A stretch of 64,000 bases of DNA, taken from positions 1 to 64,000 of the IMG/VR virus record IMGVR_UViG_3300020156_000002; one strand, given 5' to 3'. Both the position numbers and the translations under genes were made by a program. This DNA comes from a virus. Positions within the stretch are counted from its first letter, which is position 1; each line of letters starts with the position of its first letter. The notes under the pieces are model-generated. The model did not search any database. It was not told where the DNA came from and was given only the letters and a program-made list of their open reading frames with translations. Shown piece after piece: positions 34,235 through 45,335 of the stretch.

Positions 34235-35951
34235 GTGGTGAGAACAGTGGAAGTTAAAAATATAGTTGGTAAAGTTGATGATGATGGTAATATTAGTTCA
34301 TATTATCATAGCGGAAGAAATTGTAATGTTGGTGGATATGAAAATATTATTGGAGCAAAGAAAGCGTTAGGACAATACAAGAGACATTCATTAAATGCAA
34401 AAATATTTAAGGTAACTAATTTAGAAGAGGTTAAATAAATAATATTAAACACATAAAAGAAAAGGAGATTATACATATGGTAAGAGCAGAAGAAGTATTT
34501 AAAAGTATTAATATTTACAAAGGTGACAAGGTAGTTAGATTAGATGTTGGTATGAATGTTGTATTTACAAAACAGTCAGGAGAAGTAAAAAGAGGAGAGT
34601 TAAAGGATATTAAAGGCAAGGAAGAGAAAGCTAAGTTATATGTGCAGCCACATGGAGAGCCACAGATTGAAGAATGGTGCGTTTCTGTAATGGATGACGA
34701 TAGTTTAGATATTGACAGAGAGGGTGAAGAATAATGAAAGTAAGAGAATTGATTGAACAGTTAAAATTATATGATTTAGATGATGATGTTAAAATTTCAT
34801 TAATTGTAGATACCAATAAACTTGATCCAGATGAAAGTAAGGTCGGATGCATTGATGGAATATATTTTGTAGATGCAAATGTTATAGATATGGGTGCATC
34901 AGATGAGCCAACTATCTTTGCAGAAGATGTCAATTATGATGGTATATGTTGCGATAAAAACAATTGTCATTGTATGGAATGTTAAATTTATAATCTAATA
35001 AACGATGCTTTTTATAGGGATTGAGGAGATGAGATAGTGGAAGAGAAAGAAAATATAAAGAAAAGTATTTTTAGGCAAAAAGTATATGCCAAAAGATATT
35101 ATGTAAAATACCATTATAATAATTTTAGCGGTATGTATGATGTTTATTATAAAGACATAGAAGATATCGCCGAAGATGAGACAGAAGAATTGATTGAAGA
35201 AAAAACAATATTTTCATGTGACTTGTCTTTGCCTCTATTACAATGCGGTGACAAATTTTACATAGACGAATTAGATTTGATGGTTACAATACAAGATTGT
35301 TATAGAACCTCTAAAGATGAAATGGTTTACTATGTAGAAGACAAGTACATATCGGATGAAAAAACACAAGAGACTTATAATAAGGCGATGGATTTGGTTG
35401 CTAATTGCGAAAAAATGAAAGTCTTTATTGAAGAAATTAAAAGTAATAAAATTTATCAGAAGAGAATAAGGCATAAAATGAAAAGTGAATTAAGATAGAA
35501 GTTATCTTAGATTTTAAGTTAAGGAGAGATTGAATGAACCGGATTAATAGTCCACCCAAATAATTAATAACAAACAATATTAAACTAATAAGCAAACATT
35601 GAAAGGAGAAAATTAATTATGGAACAAGCATGGAGAGTAAAATTAAAGGATGGAAACTACAAGTATTTTTATGGTAGTAATGCTGAATTAGAAGCTAATG
35701 CTTATGAAGTTGAAATGAAGCAGCGAGAGATTGAAAAACAGGAAAGACAACGTAAAAGTAAAGAACAATTAGATAGTTTAAGAAACAAAATTGAGGAACA
35801 ATCAAAAGAGTTATATGAAAACATTAAAAAGTACGATGAACTTGGTGGAGAAAACAGAGTAGATATAGATCTTAGTTTATTTGGGTCATCTTACTATAGA
35901 TATTTTGGAGAGTGGTCTAAAAAACTCGGTAAATCAATTTATAGTAGATAA
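34235..35951 (+). other. hypothetical CDSs 34235-34438, 34477-34734, 34734-34985, 35037-35498, 35619-35951
   Basis: ORFs with RBS. Confidence 0.65.
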
Positions 35952-36017
35952 AATCGGGGTTTGATTCGGTCTTGCAGGTAAAAAGTAATAATAATAAACA
36001 CATAAAAGGAGAATTAA

Positions 36018-36599
36018 ATGGGAGAAAATTATTTCAAAAAACTTTACGATATCGACGTTAACGATAAAGTAAGGAAAAAGAATAATCTAAGCTATCTATC
36101 ATGGGCGGCTGCATGGGCAGAAGTTAAAAAGGTATTTCCAGATGCGACTTACATAATTTATGAAAATGAAAATGGTCGTCCTTGGTTTGATGACGGAAGA
36201 ACTGGATGGGTTAAAACATCTGTGGCAATTGGTGAAATAGAACATACAGAGTATTTGCCTATTATGGACTTTAAGAATAAGTCAATATTGGCAGAAAGTA
36301 TAACTTCTATGGATGCAAATAAAGCAATTCAGCGTTCACTTACGAAAGCTTGCGCTAGACATGGACTAGGACTTTATATTTACGAAGGAGAAGATTTACC
36401 AGAAGAGTCCAAAGCTCTAACAAATTTGCAAGCAGAATGTTGGAAGCTGTTCTGTGATAGAGCAAAGATTTCACCAGAAGCAAAAGCAAAAGCAAATGAA
36501 TGTTGCAAGAATGCAATTCCTTCAGGAGATCCTAGAGAAATTGAAGATATTGAAGTATTAAAGAAACTTAAACAGGAATTATTGGGAATTAGAAAATAA
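36018..36599 (+). CDS. Sak-type (DUF1071) single-strand annealing protein
   Basis: LSYLSWAAAWAEVKK..P...LPIMDFKNK...NKAIQRSLTKACARHGLGLYIYEGEDLP. Confidence 0.88.
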   Translation: MGENYFKKLYDIDVNDKVRKKNNLSYLSWAAAWAEVKKVFPDATYIIYENENGRPWFDDGRTGWVKTSVAIGEIEHTEYLPIMDFKNKSILAESITSMDANKAIQRSLTKACARHGLGLYIYEGEDLPEESKALTNLQAECWKLFCDRAKISPEAKAKANECCKNAIPSGDPREIEDIEVLKKLKQELLGIRK

Positions 36600-36646
36600 T
36601 TCAAACAACCATTAAAAATATAATACATATTAAAGGAGATTAAAAC

Positions 36647-37039
36647 ATGGGATTTAGAACAGATGCATATGCAAAGGTGTGGGCAGTTGAAAACAAAGGT
36701 AATTATTCAGTAGTAAATATGAGTATCAGTAAGAAAAACAAAGAAAACGGTGGATATGATGTAGAATTTAGTAATAAGTTTGTTCGTTTCATTGGTACAG
36801 CTCACAAGTTGGCTGATGGTCTTAAAAAAGGAGATACTATTAAGCTTGGTAACTGTGATGTAACAAGCGTTTATAGTAAAGAGAAAGAAACTACATATAC
36901 AAACTTCTTAGTATTTAGTTTTGAAATTCCTGATGGTAATACAAAAGGAAGTTCTAAACCAGAACCGAGTAAAGCAAGTGGAGATGGGTTTATGAGCATT
37001 CCGGACGGATTGGATTCGGAAGAACTTCCATTTAATTAA
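36647..37039 (+). CDS. ssb: single-stranded DNA-binding protein
   Basis: OB-fold-sized domain, acidic tail GFMSIPDGLDSEELPFN, position after the annealase. Confidence 0.8.
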   Translation: MGFRTDAYAKVWAVENKGNYSVVNMSISKKNKENGGYDVEFSNKFVRFIGTAHKLADGLKKGDTIKLGNCDVTSVYSKEKETTYTNFLVFSFEIPDGNTKGSSKPEPSKASGDGFMSIPDGLDSEELPFN

Positions 37040-37045
37040 AGGAAG

Positions 37046-37666
37046 GTGAAAATAATAGGACATTCTCATGGTAAACAATGGACTGACGAATTAGTAAAAT
37101 CAGAGATAATGAGAGTGGTAGATTCGCTAGGGTTGGATACATTTCCAACCCATAGTGAAATCGAAAACTTTTATGGAAACAAAGGTTTAACGATGAAAAT
37201 ATCGAAAAGTGGAGGAACTAAATATTGGGCAGAACAATTAGGACTCAATATAAAAAGTTGTGAAAGCGAGTTTGGAGATTTTTATGAAAAATATTCAATA
37301 AACGATATTTTAAATAATACTGGATTAAATAGTTATCAAAATAAAGTTGGATATCCTTATGATGTTACTACAAATAAACACATTAAAGTTGATATAAAAG
37401 CATCGAGTGTTGCTGAGAACAATAATGGATATAAATATAATACATTCAATTTGGGAAAAGAAGAACCTACGTGTGATATATTCATTTTCTATTGCCTTAA
37501 TGAAGATAATAACATACATAAGACTTTGATAATACCATCTTGCAAACTTTATAATCAGACGCAACTTGGAACATCTGTACATGGCAATAGTAAATGGGAC
37601 AAATACATAAATAATTGGAACATATTTAAAAAATATAATGAGTTTTACAATTCGATTTTAAGATAG
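37046..37666 (+). CDS. putative PD-(D/E)XK free-standing endonuclease
   Basis: N-terminal WTDE..K..I repeat-like segment; G...E...PYD...VDIKAS motif. Confidence 0.5.
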   Translation: MKIIGHSHGKQWTDELVKSEIMRVVDSLGLDTFPTHSEIENFYGNKGLTMKISKSGGTKYWAEQLGLNIKSCESEFGDFYEKYSINDILNNTGLNSYQNKVGYPYDVTTNKHIKVDIKASSVAENNNGYKYNTFNLGKEEPTCDIFIFYCLNEDNNIHKTLIIPSCKLYNQTQLGTSVHGNSKWDKYINNWNIFKKYNEFYNSILR

Positions 37667-37677
37667 GAGGCAGAAGA

Positions 37678-38160
37678 TTGACTGATAAGACATATAAATG
37701 TGCTTTTAAACATTGTAACCATGATGACGAAAACGTTCCACAGAACGAAGCTGTCAAAATAGGTAACAGATATATGCATGAGGATTGTGCAAAAATTAGC
37801 GAGAATATTACGAAAATAAGAGATATTTATTATGAGAAAGTCAGCAATACGGTCGTGGTAAAACAACTTGTTAGTGTTATCAACAGTTTAGTTTTTACAA
37901 AAAAGATTGATTCTGAATATTTACTGTTTGCTTTGAACTATGCGATTGCTAATAAAACACCTATTAAAAGTCCATATGGGTTACATTATCTAGTTGATAA
38001 TAACAGAATTAAAGATGCGTGGAAGAAAAAACAATCATCTTTAATTAAAAAGCAAATTGATAATGAAGAAATTGTATGTGAAGAACCAAAGCAGACATCA
38101 TTTAATTTTACCGTTGAAAAAAATACTGGATTCGGAGGAATCTTTAAAGGAGGTAACTAA
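37678..38160 (+). CDS. conserved pre-helicase protein (Cys/His zinc motif; possible loader/initiator)
   Basis: CAFKHC...YMHEDC; translationally coupled to dnaB. Confidence 0.5.
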   Translation: MTDKTYKCAFKHCNHDDENVPQNEAVKIGNRYMHEDCAKISENITKIRDIYYEKVSNTVVVKQLVSVINSLVFTKKIDSEYLLFALNYAIANKTPIKSPYGLHYLVDNNRIKDAWKKKQSSLIKKQIDNEEIVCEEPKQTSFNFTVEKNTGFGGIFKGGN

Positions 38161-39506
38161 TGGAATTATGCGACATTACAGATAGTAAAGCAGAAGCAGG
38201 AGTAATTTCAACATTAGTTTATCATCCTGAATTTATACTACATAGCAACTATTTACACGAAAAGTATTTTTATAACACTGATAATGCTTGTATATATTGG
38301 GCGATTAAGGAGTTGTTCAATAAAAAAATAACCAATATAACAGCTTTAAATATAGAACAGATGCTTGATTCAAACAAAGCGGTTAAAAAGAAGATTCAAG
38401 AATATAATATGCCAAGCATCCAAGAATATATAGATTTATGTTATAACTCAAAACGTGACACGGTAGAAGAATATTTATTACTAGTTAATAGAGTTATTGA
38501 ATTAGCTTTTAAAAGAGATTTTTATAAACAAACATTGAAGTGGCAGCAATCTTGTTTTAATCAGGAGTTAGGCTTAGACGAGATGAGCAACGGTGTTTAT
38601 AAAGAAATCAACGAACTTACAACACGATATGTAACAGATGGTGAAATTACAACCTTTGGATCAAAAGTAAAAGATATATGGGCAAAAATTAAGGACAAAA
38701 AAAATCGTGGAGAATCATATGGATTGCCATCTTTTTTCCCAACAATCAATGAATTTTTTACATACGAGGAAACTGAACTAATTGTTATTGAAGCTCGAAT
38801 GAAAAAAGGCAAGTCGTGGTTGGCTATGATTGAAGCACTTCATAAGGCAATGAATGGTGTCCCTACTTTTGTTCAAGATAGTGAAATGAGTGACGAAAAC
38901 TGGTATATTAGAGCGTTATCCTATATCAGCGGTATACCAGTTAATAGAATAAAAAATGAAACATTAACTGCTGACGAAGAAAAGAGAATTGAAGAAACGA
39001 ATGATTACATAGAAAAGCTACCATTATTCCACAATTATGATCCATATATTACAAAGGAAAGATTTTATTCTATATGCGCCCAAAAGAAAATTGAGATGGG
39101 ATTAAAATTTGTTGTTTGGGATTACATAAAATGTGATGATTCAATTTTAAATTCTGCTGAACGAAGTGCTTATATGGCAGGTGTAGCTAACTGGTTGAAA
39201 AATATAATAGCCGGTGATTTAAAAATGTCAGTATTAGCATTCGCTCAATTAAACAGAAGTAACGAGGTAGCAGATTCAGACGGAATTGAGAGATATTGTT
39301 CTGTGGCTGTAAAGTGGGAAGAAAAGACAGATGAAGAGATTATTAATGATGGTAGAGAATGTGGTACTCATAAACTTAAAGTTAAATTAAATCGTATTGG
39401 TAAGCAACATATGGGTGAAAATGATTATATTGATATGATGTTTACGAACAAAAAAATAGGCATTATAGAAGCAAAGCAACATCAAACTGTTGCGCCATAT
39501 GACTAG
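38160..39506 (+). CDS. dnaB: DnaB-like replicative helicase
   Basis: AEAGVI N-terminus, Walker A ARMKKGKS, SEM, VVWDYIK, AQLNR. Confidence 0.92.
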   Translation: MELCDITDSKAEAGVISTLVYHPEFILHSNYLHEKYFYNTDNACIYWAIKELFNKKITNITALNIEQMLDSNKAVKKKIQEYNMPSIQEYIDLCYNSKRDTVEEYLLLVNRVIELAFKRDFYKQTLKWQQSCFNQELGLDEMSNGVYKEINELTTRYVTDGEITTFGSKVKDIWAKIKDKKNRGESYGLPSFFPTINEFFTYEETELIVIEARMKKGKSWLAMIEALHKAMNGVPTFVQDSEMSDENWYIRALSYISGIPVNRIKNETLTADEEKRIEETNDYIEKLPLFHNYDPYITKERFYSICAQKKIEMGLKFVVWDYIKCDDSILNSAERSAYMAGVANWLKNIIAGDLKMSVLAFAQLNRSNEVADSDGIERYCSVAVKWEEKTDEEIINDGRECGTHKLKVKLNRIGKQHMGENDYIDMMFTNKKIGIIEAKQHQTVAPYD

Positions 39507-39524
39507 AAAAGGAGGAGAGAATGA

Positions 39525-40532
39525 TTGGTTAAGTATGATGAAGATATGATACAAGAAATTAGCGATAATGTAGATTTATTAGAATATGTAAGCCAATCAA
39601 TTGAATTAAAACAAAAAGGTAGAGATTATTTTGGCACATGTCCATTACATACTGATTTAACCCCATCATTCTCTGTAACTCCAAGACGAAATAGTTTTTT
39701 CTGTTTTAGTTGTGGACGAGGTGGGGGAATCATTCAATATCTGCATGATTATGAATCCCTCACTTATGATGAAGCCATAGAAAAAGCATCGAAGTTGGCA
39801 AACATAGACTTAAAAACAATGTGCCAATCACAAACAGTAATAATAAATAAAAAGATAAAGAAAGAAAAACAAGGTATAATAAATAATAATAAACATGAAA
39901 TTCTAAATAAAGACGATTTTAATAAATATAGGCAAGGCAAAATTCAAGGATGGTTAGATGAAGGAATAAGGCAAGAAGAAATTGATTTGTTTGAAATAAG
40001 AATTGACGACAGAAGTAATCGAATTATTTATCCAGTTTACGACACTGATAATAATTTCATCAATATCAAAGGAAGAACAATGTTTCCTGATTATAAAAAG
40101 ATTGGCATAGCAAAGTATATTAATTATTTTCCTGTTGGCACAATGGATTACTTTCAAGGTTTAAACATAACTCTGCCATTCATTAAAGAAACGAAAGAAG
40201 TAAAGATTTTTGAAAGCATAAAGAGTGTAATGAAGTTGTTTGGGAATGGAATTAAGGACTCGGCTTCAGCAGAAAAACACACTCTAACTAATGAACAAAT
40301 TATTTATTTAATTAAGTTAGGAGTAGACGTTGTGTTGTGTTATGATTCCGACGTTTCATATAAAGAAAAGGAAGTTATAAGAAATATAAACATGCTAAAA
40401 AGGTTCACTAATGTTTACATAATAGAGGACAAAAAAGGTCTATTGGGAGGAGTTGAAGGTAAAAATTCACCAATAGATAAGGGTATAGATATTTGGAATG
40501 AATTATACGCCAATAAGAAAAAAGTATTATAA
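39525..40532 (+). CDS. dnaG: DNA primase (CHC2 zinc finger + TOPRIM)
   Basis: CPLH..TPSF...FFCFSCGRGG; RIIYP; IFES; CYDSD. Confidence 0.9.
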   Translation: MVKYDEDMIQEISDNVDLLEYVSQSIELKQKGRDYFGTCPLHTDLTPSFSVTPRRNSFFCFSCGRGGGIIQYLHDYESLTYDEAIEKASKLANIDLKTMCQSQTVIINKKIKKEKQGIINNNKHEILNKDDFNKYRQGKIQGWLDEGIRQEEIDLFEIRIDDRSNRIIYPVYDTDNNFINIKGRTMFPDYKKIGIAKYINYFPVGTMDYFQGLNITLPFIKETKEVKIFESIKSVMKLFGNGIKDSASAEKHTLTNEQIIYLIKLGVDVVLCYDSDVSYKEKEVIRNINMLKRFTNVYIIEDKKGLLGGVEGKNSPIDKGIDIWNELYANKKKVL

Positions 40533-40544
40533 AGGAGTGATATT

Positions 40545-41357
40545 TTGGGAGAATATACGGCTGAAATAAATAACATGATTTGGAGTTTTAGTAGATGTCA
40601 TTCATTTGAAAATTGTAGATACGAGTGGTACTTAAACTATTTACTAAGAGACGAAGAAGGAAAACGGATTTATGAGAATGAACAAAATTTTTATGCTGCA
40701 TTCGGTCATTTTTGCCATGGAATATTAGAGATGGTATTGAAAGGCGAATTGCCCATAGAAAAAGCAGCGAAGTATTATTCAGATAATTTTGATGAAAAAG
40801 TAGTTGCTTACGATGTACCAGATTCAACAAGAGATAAATATTTCTATTTGGGACTAGATTATTTTGAACAAGTTAATTTTGACTGGTTGAGTGATTATGA
40901 AATACTTGGCATTGAGAAAGAGTGTACTTTCCAACTTAATGATATTAAGTTTACTGGATATATAGATTTATTAATCAAACATAAAGAAACAGGAAAGATT
41001 ATAGTTGTTGACCATAAATCAAGTGAATATCCAATAGGCAAAAAAGGCAATGTATTAAAAAAGAAATTGGCTGACTATGAAAGCTATAAAAATCAGCTAT
41101 ACCTTTACAGTGAACAAGTTAAAAATGAATATGGAGTTTCGCCAAGCGAACTATGGTGGAATTATTTCAAAGATCAGCAATGGTTAAAACTACCATTTAT
41201 TGAAGAAGAATATGAAGCAAGTAAAAAATGGGCAACAAATTTGATATCAGAAATACATAATGAAGAAAATTTTGTACCACATATGGATTATTTCTACTGT
41301 AACAATTTATGTGGATTTAGAAACAGTTGTGATTATAAGTTGATGGGTGGTGATTGA
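40545..41357 (+). CDS. PD-(D/E)XK RecB/Cas4-like exonuclease
   Basis: WSFSR..F..C, G..CH..LE, GYIDL, VDHKS, QLYLY, C-terminal CxxxC-xxxxx-C. Confidence 0.85.
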   Translation: MGEYTAEINNMIWSFSRCHSFENCRYEWYLNYLLRDEEGKRIYENEQNFYAAFGHFCHGILEMVLKGELPIEKAAKYYSDNFDEKVVAYDVPDSTRDKYFYLGLDYFEQVNFDWLSDYEILGIEKECTFQLNDIKFTGYIDLLIKHKETGKIIVVDHKSSEYPIGKKGNVLKKKLADYESYKNQLYLYSEQVKNEYGVSPSELWWNYFKDQQWLKLPFIEEEYEASKKWATNLISEIHNEENFVPHMDYFYCNNLCGFRNSCDYKLMGGD

Positions 41358-44300
41358 TTGAATAATCTACTAGAAATTGCAAATAGGGCGAGAGATAAAT
41401 TAAAATTCGATTTTCCTTATGATATTTCAGAATGGATCAATGATATGAATATGATGATGGAAAATTATCATAAACATACAACGTGGTCAGATTTAATTCA
41501 AATTGATTCTGCGACCGATATTGTGGAATTTATGAAAATACTAGATACATATAAAAGCAAATGTATGTTTTCAGGTGAGCATGGATATCAAGGCGAGTGG
41601 TTATATGTCTATGATGTTTGTAAAAATACACATAATGAAAAGTTAAGAGAAAAAATGGGGATAAACAACCCATTACAATTCAGATATTCTACTGAAGCAT
41701 ATTGGGTAAAAGATAGGCATGAAAAAGATAGATTAAATTGCCATATGGTATTAGTAGCTAGAACATATGAAGCAATGAGAAAATTAAATTATATTTTATC
41801 AATGGCTAACATTGATGGGTTTTATGGCAAGCCTCGTATAGATTTAGAATTGTTATTTCAGTTGAATAGTGACGATGTTTATATAACTTCTGCCTGTATT
41901 GCCGGATGGAAATATGATGATGCAAAAGATATATGGTTAAAAATATGGAAACATTTTGGAGACAGTTTTTTCTTGGAATATCAAACACATGATACCCAAC
42001 CACAGAAACAACTTAATAAGTTAATCTCTGAGATGTCAAGCGAATATGGAATACAAACTATTATTGGATTAGACACTCATTATATCAGCGAAGAAGATAG
42101 AATAAAAAGAGATAATTTACTAAAAAGAAAAGGCATGATATATGAGGACGAAGAAGGTTGGTATATGGATTTTCCAAATGGAAAAGAAGTATATCGTAGA
42201 ATGCTTAATCAGGGAATTTTAACTGATGAAGAGATATTGATTTCAATGATGAATACTCATGTATTCTTAAATGGATGCGATAATATTTCTATAAATACAG
42301 ATTTTAAAATCCCAATTTTAGAAGAATATCAAAAGTATGATTATAAAGAAAGGGTTAAAATCCTTAAAGACATATTGGAAGAAAACTTTTTAAATGAAGA
42401 TGATGAACATAGAACTCAGGATAGGCATGACGGAATGTTATATGAACTTGGACAAATAGACGAAAGTACAACAGTAGATTATTTCTTAAGTAATAATGGG
42501 ATTATTCATTTAGCAACATCTCCAAAATATGGAGGGCATTTAACTACAACGTCGAGAGGAAGTGCGAGTTCATATTACTCTAGCAAATTGTTAGGCTTCA
42601 CAACTATGGATAGGTTTGAATCAGAAGTTCCTATTTATCCAGAACGTTTTATCACGAAAGATAGAGTATTAAGTTCTCACCAATGTCCTGATATTGATTA
42701 CAACGTAGAAAATCAAGAACCATTTTTACTAGCAAGCAGAGAATTATTGGGGGATGAAGGATGTTACCCTCTGTTAGCGGTTGGGAAACTTGGAGAGAAG
42801 TCTGGATTTAAATTATATGCCGATATTAAAGGAATTGAACCAAGTGTAGCAAATGATATTACGACATGTATTGATCAATATAATGAGGCATTAAAACAAG
42901 CAGATGACGAAGAAGACAAGAAAAATATACATATTGAAGACTTTATTGAAAACAAAGAACATTTAAAAATATTTAATGAAAGTAAACCATATCAAGGAAT
43001 CATTGAGCAAGCTAAATGTCATGCATGTGGTCATTTGATTTTCAATGGTGATCATAAAGATAAGTCAATTATTGGATATGGAGACATTCGATATGAAATT
43101 GGACTAATCAGGTGTCATTCAGAGAGTACTGGAAAATCTACATTAGTTGCCTGTGTAGAAGGTGGTTTACTTGATACATATGGATATGTAAAAAACGATT
43201 ATCTCATTGTTGATGTGGTTGGTATAATCTATAAGTTGTATAAAAGTATAGGTAAAGAAGTTCCAACTGTTAATGAGCTACGTAAGAAGGTAAGTAATGA
43301 TGCAAAGACATGGAAAATGTACGAAATAGGAGCCACTTGTTGCTTAAACCAATGTGAAAAACCTTCAACCACTAAAAGAGTTATGAAATACAAGCCTCAA
43401 AACATAAAGGAACTTAGTGCTTTTATAGCCGGAATTAGACCGGGGTTTAAATCATTATTGGATGGTTTTTTAAATAGAGTTACATATACAAATGGTGAAC
43501 CAGCTATTGATAAATTACTAGAAGATTGTTTTCATTATATGTTGTATCAAGAAGCGGTTATGAAAATTTTCTCATATCTTGGTATTCCTATGAAAGAAAG
43601 TTATGATACAATCAAAAAAATTAGTAAGAAAAAATTGGTTGGAGAAAAATTAGCCCATGTCGAAGCAACATTAAAAGAACATTGGTTAAGTAATATAGGT
43701 AATTTAGATAATTTTGATCCGGTATATAAAGTAGTAAAAGATAGTGCGAGGTATTCATTTAATGCTCCACATGCTCTAGCTATGGCTAATGATAGTTTAT
43801 ATGAAGCATGGATGAAAGCCCATCATACATCAAAATTTTATGAGGTTACATTAAATCACTATCAAGATAAGGGAGATAAAAATAAAGTAGCAGCATTGGT
43901 TAAGGAAGCAATGACGATATTTGGATATTCAATGGGTTCTTATGAATATGGAAAAGATAATTCAAAATTCACTGTAGATGACAATACAAAAATCATATAT
44001 CCAAATTTGTCTAGTGTAAAAGGAATAGGAGAAAAAGCAGTATCAAACATGATGGATTTTTATAATAGTGGATTAGATGATTTTATTGATATTTATGGTG
44101 CTATTAAAGGAACAAATGTAAATTCAACAGTATTCAAAAATCTAGTTAAAATCGGATATTTTAAAAAATACGGTTCAATAAAAAAACTTCTAACAACTAT
44201 AGAAATATATGACCAATGGAAAGGTTCAAATGGTGAAGGAAGAAAAACTATTTCAAAAGCAAATATCAACGAACTTGGATTAGACAACATAAATATTTAT

Positions 44301-44771
44301 AAATATGCTACCGATATTACCAAGTCTGGAAAAGTAAGCGATAAACAATTTACTAATGTTGATTGGCTAGGAATAGTGAAAGAACTCAGTTCTAAATTAG
44401 AAGATGAAGAATATGGAGTAACACAATTAGTAAAATTTCAATATGAAGTGTTAGGTTATGTAGATTATATTGATAACACAATAGATTGGAGATATATAGT
44501 AATAACTGATTTAAATACTCAATACTCTCCTAAATTCAAAGCCTATTTTATTTCCAATGGTCAATCAGTTGAAATGAAGGTACATAAAAAACTTAACTAT
44601 AAAGATAAAGAAATAATAACAAGCTTTAATGAAGTACCGTTTGAAAACGGAGATGTTATTTATATTAAAAATTGGAAGAAGCAACCTAAGAAGAGTAAAA
44701 TAAATGACGAATGGGTTGTAATACCTGATGTTGTAGAGAAATGGATAAAAGATTATACAAAAATTTGTTAG
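41358..44771 (+). CDS. dnaE: DNA polymerase III alpha subunit (C family)
   Basis: PHP NYHKHT/HMVL/DTHY, RGSA, catalytic PDID and KNDYL, YQE, YSFNAPHA, KGIG. Confidence 0.95.
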   Translation: MNNLLEIANRARDKLKFDFPYDISEWINDMNMMMENYHKHTTWSDLIQIDSATDIVEFMKILDTYKSKCMFSGEHGYQGEWLYVYDVCKNTHNEKLREKMGINNPLQFRYSTEAYWVKDRHEKDRLNCHMVLVARTYEAMRKLNYILSMANIDGFYGKPRIDLELLFQLNSDDVYITSACIAGWKYDDAKDIWLKIWKHFGDSFFLEYQTHDTQPQKQLNKLISEMSSEYGIQTIIGLDTHYISEEDRIKRDNLLKRKGMIYEDEEGWYMDFPNGKEVYRRMLNQGILTDEEILISMMNTHVFLNGCDNISINTDFKIPILEEYQKYDYKERVKILKDILEENFLNEDDEHRTQDRHDGMLYELGQIDESTTVDYFLSNNGIIHLATSPKYGGHLTTTSRGSASSYYSSKLLGFTTMDRFESEVPIYPERFITKDRVLSSHQCPDIDYNVENQEPFLLASRELLGDEGCYPLLAVGKLGEKSGFKLYADIKGIEPSVANDITTCIDQYNEALKQADDEEDKKNIHIEDFIENKEHLKIFNESKPYQGIIEQAKCHACGHLIFNGDHKDKSIIGYGDIRYEIGLIRCHSESTGKSTLVACVEGGLLDTYGYVKNDYLIVDVVGIIYKLYKSIGKEVPTVNELRKKVSNDAKTWKMYEIGATCCLNQCEKPSTTKRVMKYKPQNIKELSAFIAGIRPGFKSLLDGFLNRVTYTNGEPAIDKLLEDCFHYMLYQEAVMKIFSYLGIPMKESYDTIKKISKKKLVGEKLAHVEATLKEHWLSNIGNLDNFDPVYKVVKDSARYSFNAPHALAMANDSLYEAWMKAHHTSKFYEVTLNHYQDKGDKNKVAALVKEAMTIFGYSMGSYEYGKDNSKFTVDDNTKIIYPNLSSVKGIGEKAVSNMMDFYNSGLDDFIDIYGAIKGTNVNSTVFKNLVKIGYFKKYGSIKKLLTTIEIYDQWKGSNGEGRKTISKANINELGLDNINIYKYATDITKSGKVSDKQFTNVDWLGIVKELSSKLEDEEYGVTQLVKFQYEVLGYVDYIDNTIDWRYIVITDLNTQYSPKFKAYFISNGQSVEMKVHKKLNYKDKEIITSFNEVPFENGDVIYIKNWKKQPKKSKINDEWVVIPDVVEKWIKDYTKIC

Positions 44772-44783
44772 AAGGAGTGATTA

Positions 44784-45323
44784 ATTATTAAGATTTATTA
44801 TACAGACAAAAAATACAAAGAGTTATTGAGCAATATGGTTATTTTACATGACTCAAGGGAACAGGCTTCAAACCACATACTAGAATATTTCGATACAAAT
44901 AATATTACACACGAGAAAAGAGCTTTAAAAACAGGTGATTATTCATTCAAAATAAAGGCTTGTCCTGAACTTGGATTTACAATGGATACTTATTTTGTAG
45001 ATGATTTAGTAATCGAAAGAAAAAATAGTGTTAAAGAGTTGGCAGGAAATTTTGCTAATAACCAGAAAGATGATAGATTTATGAAGGAATTAAACCGCTT
45101 TCAAAATGTAGATAATGTTTATCTTATAGTTGAAAATGACAGACTTGACGACATTATGGGTCATACATACGATACTGACTATAACGAATTATCATTTCTT
45201 AGAACATTATTAACATGGCAAAAAAGAAGTAATTTCTATTTAAACTTTGTTAACAAAGAAAACATGGGCAAGTTTATTTATGAGTTATGTAAAAACTGTT
45301 TAGACAATTATATTTTAAAATAA
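44784..45323 (+). CDS. ERCC4-domain nuclease
   Basis: DSREQ, LKTGDYS, IERKNS..EL motifs; RBS at 44771-44777 suggests an ATT start upstream of the tracked TTG (44826). Confidence 0.85.
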   Translation: MIKIYYTDKKYKELLSNMVILHDSREQASNHILEYFDTNNITHEKRALKTGDYSFKIKACPELGFTMDTYFVDDLVIERKNSVKELAGNFANNQKDDRFMKELNRFQNVDNVYLIVENDRLDDIMGHTYDTDYNELSFLRTLLTWQKRSNFYLNFVNKENMGKFIYELCKNCLDNYILK

Positions 45324-45335
45324 GGAGAAAAGAAT

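Noticed and set aside
40545-41357. Cas4-like gene as part of CRISPR-Cas
   Set aside because: It sits in the replication operon, with no cas1/cas2 or array.
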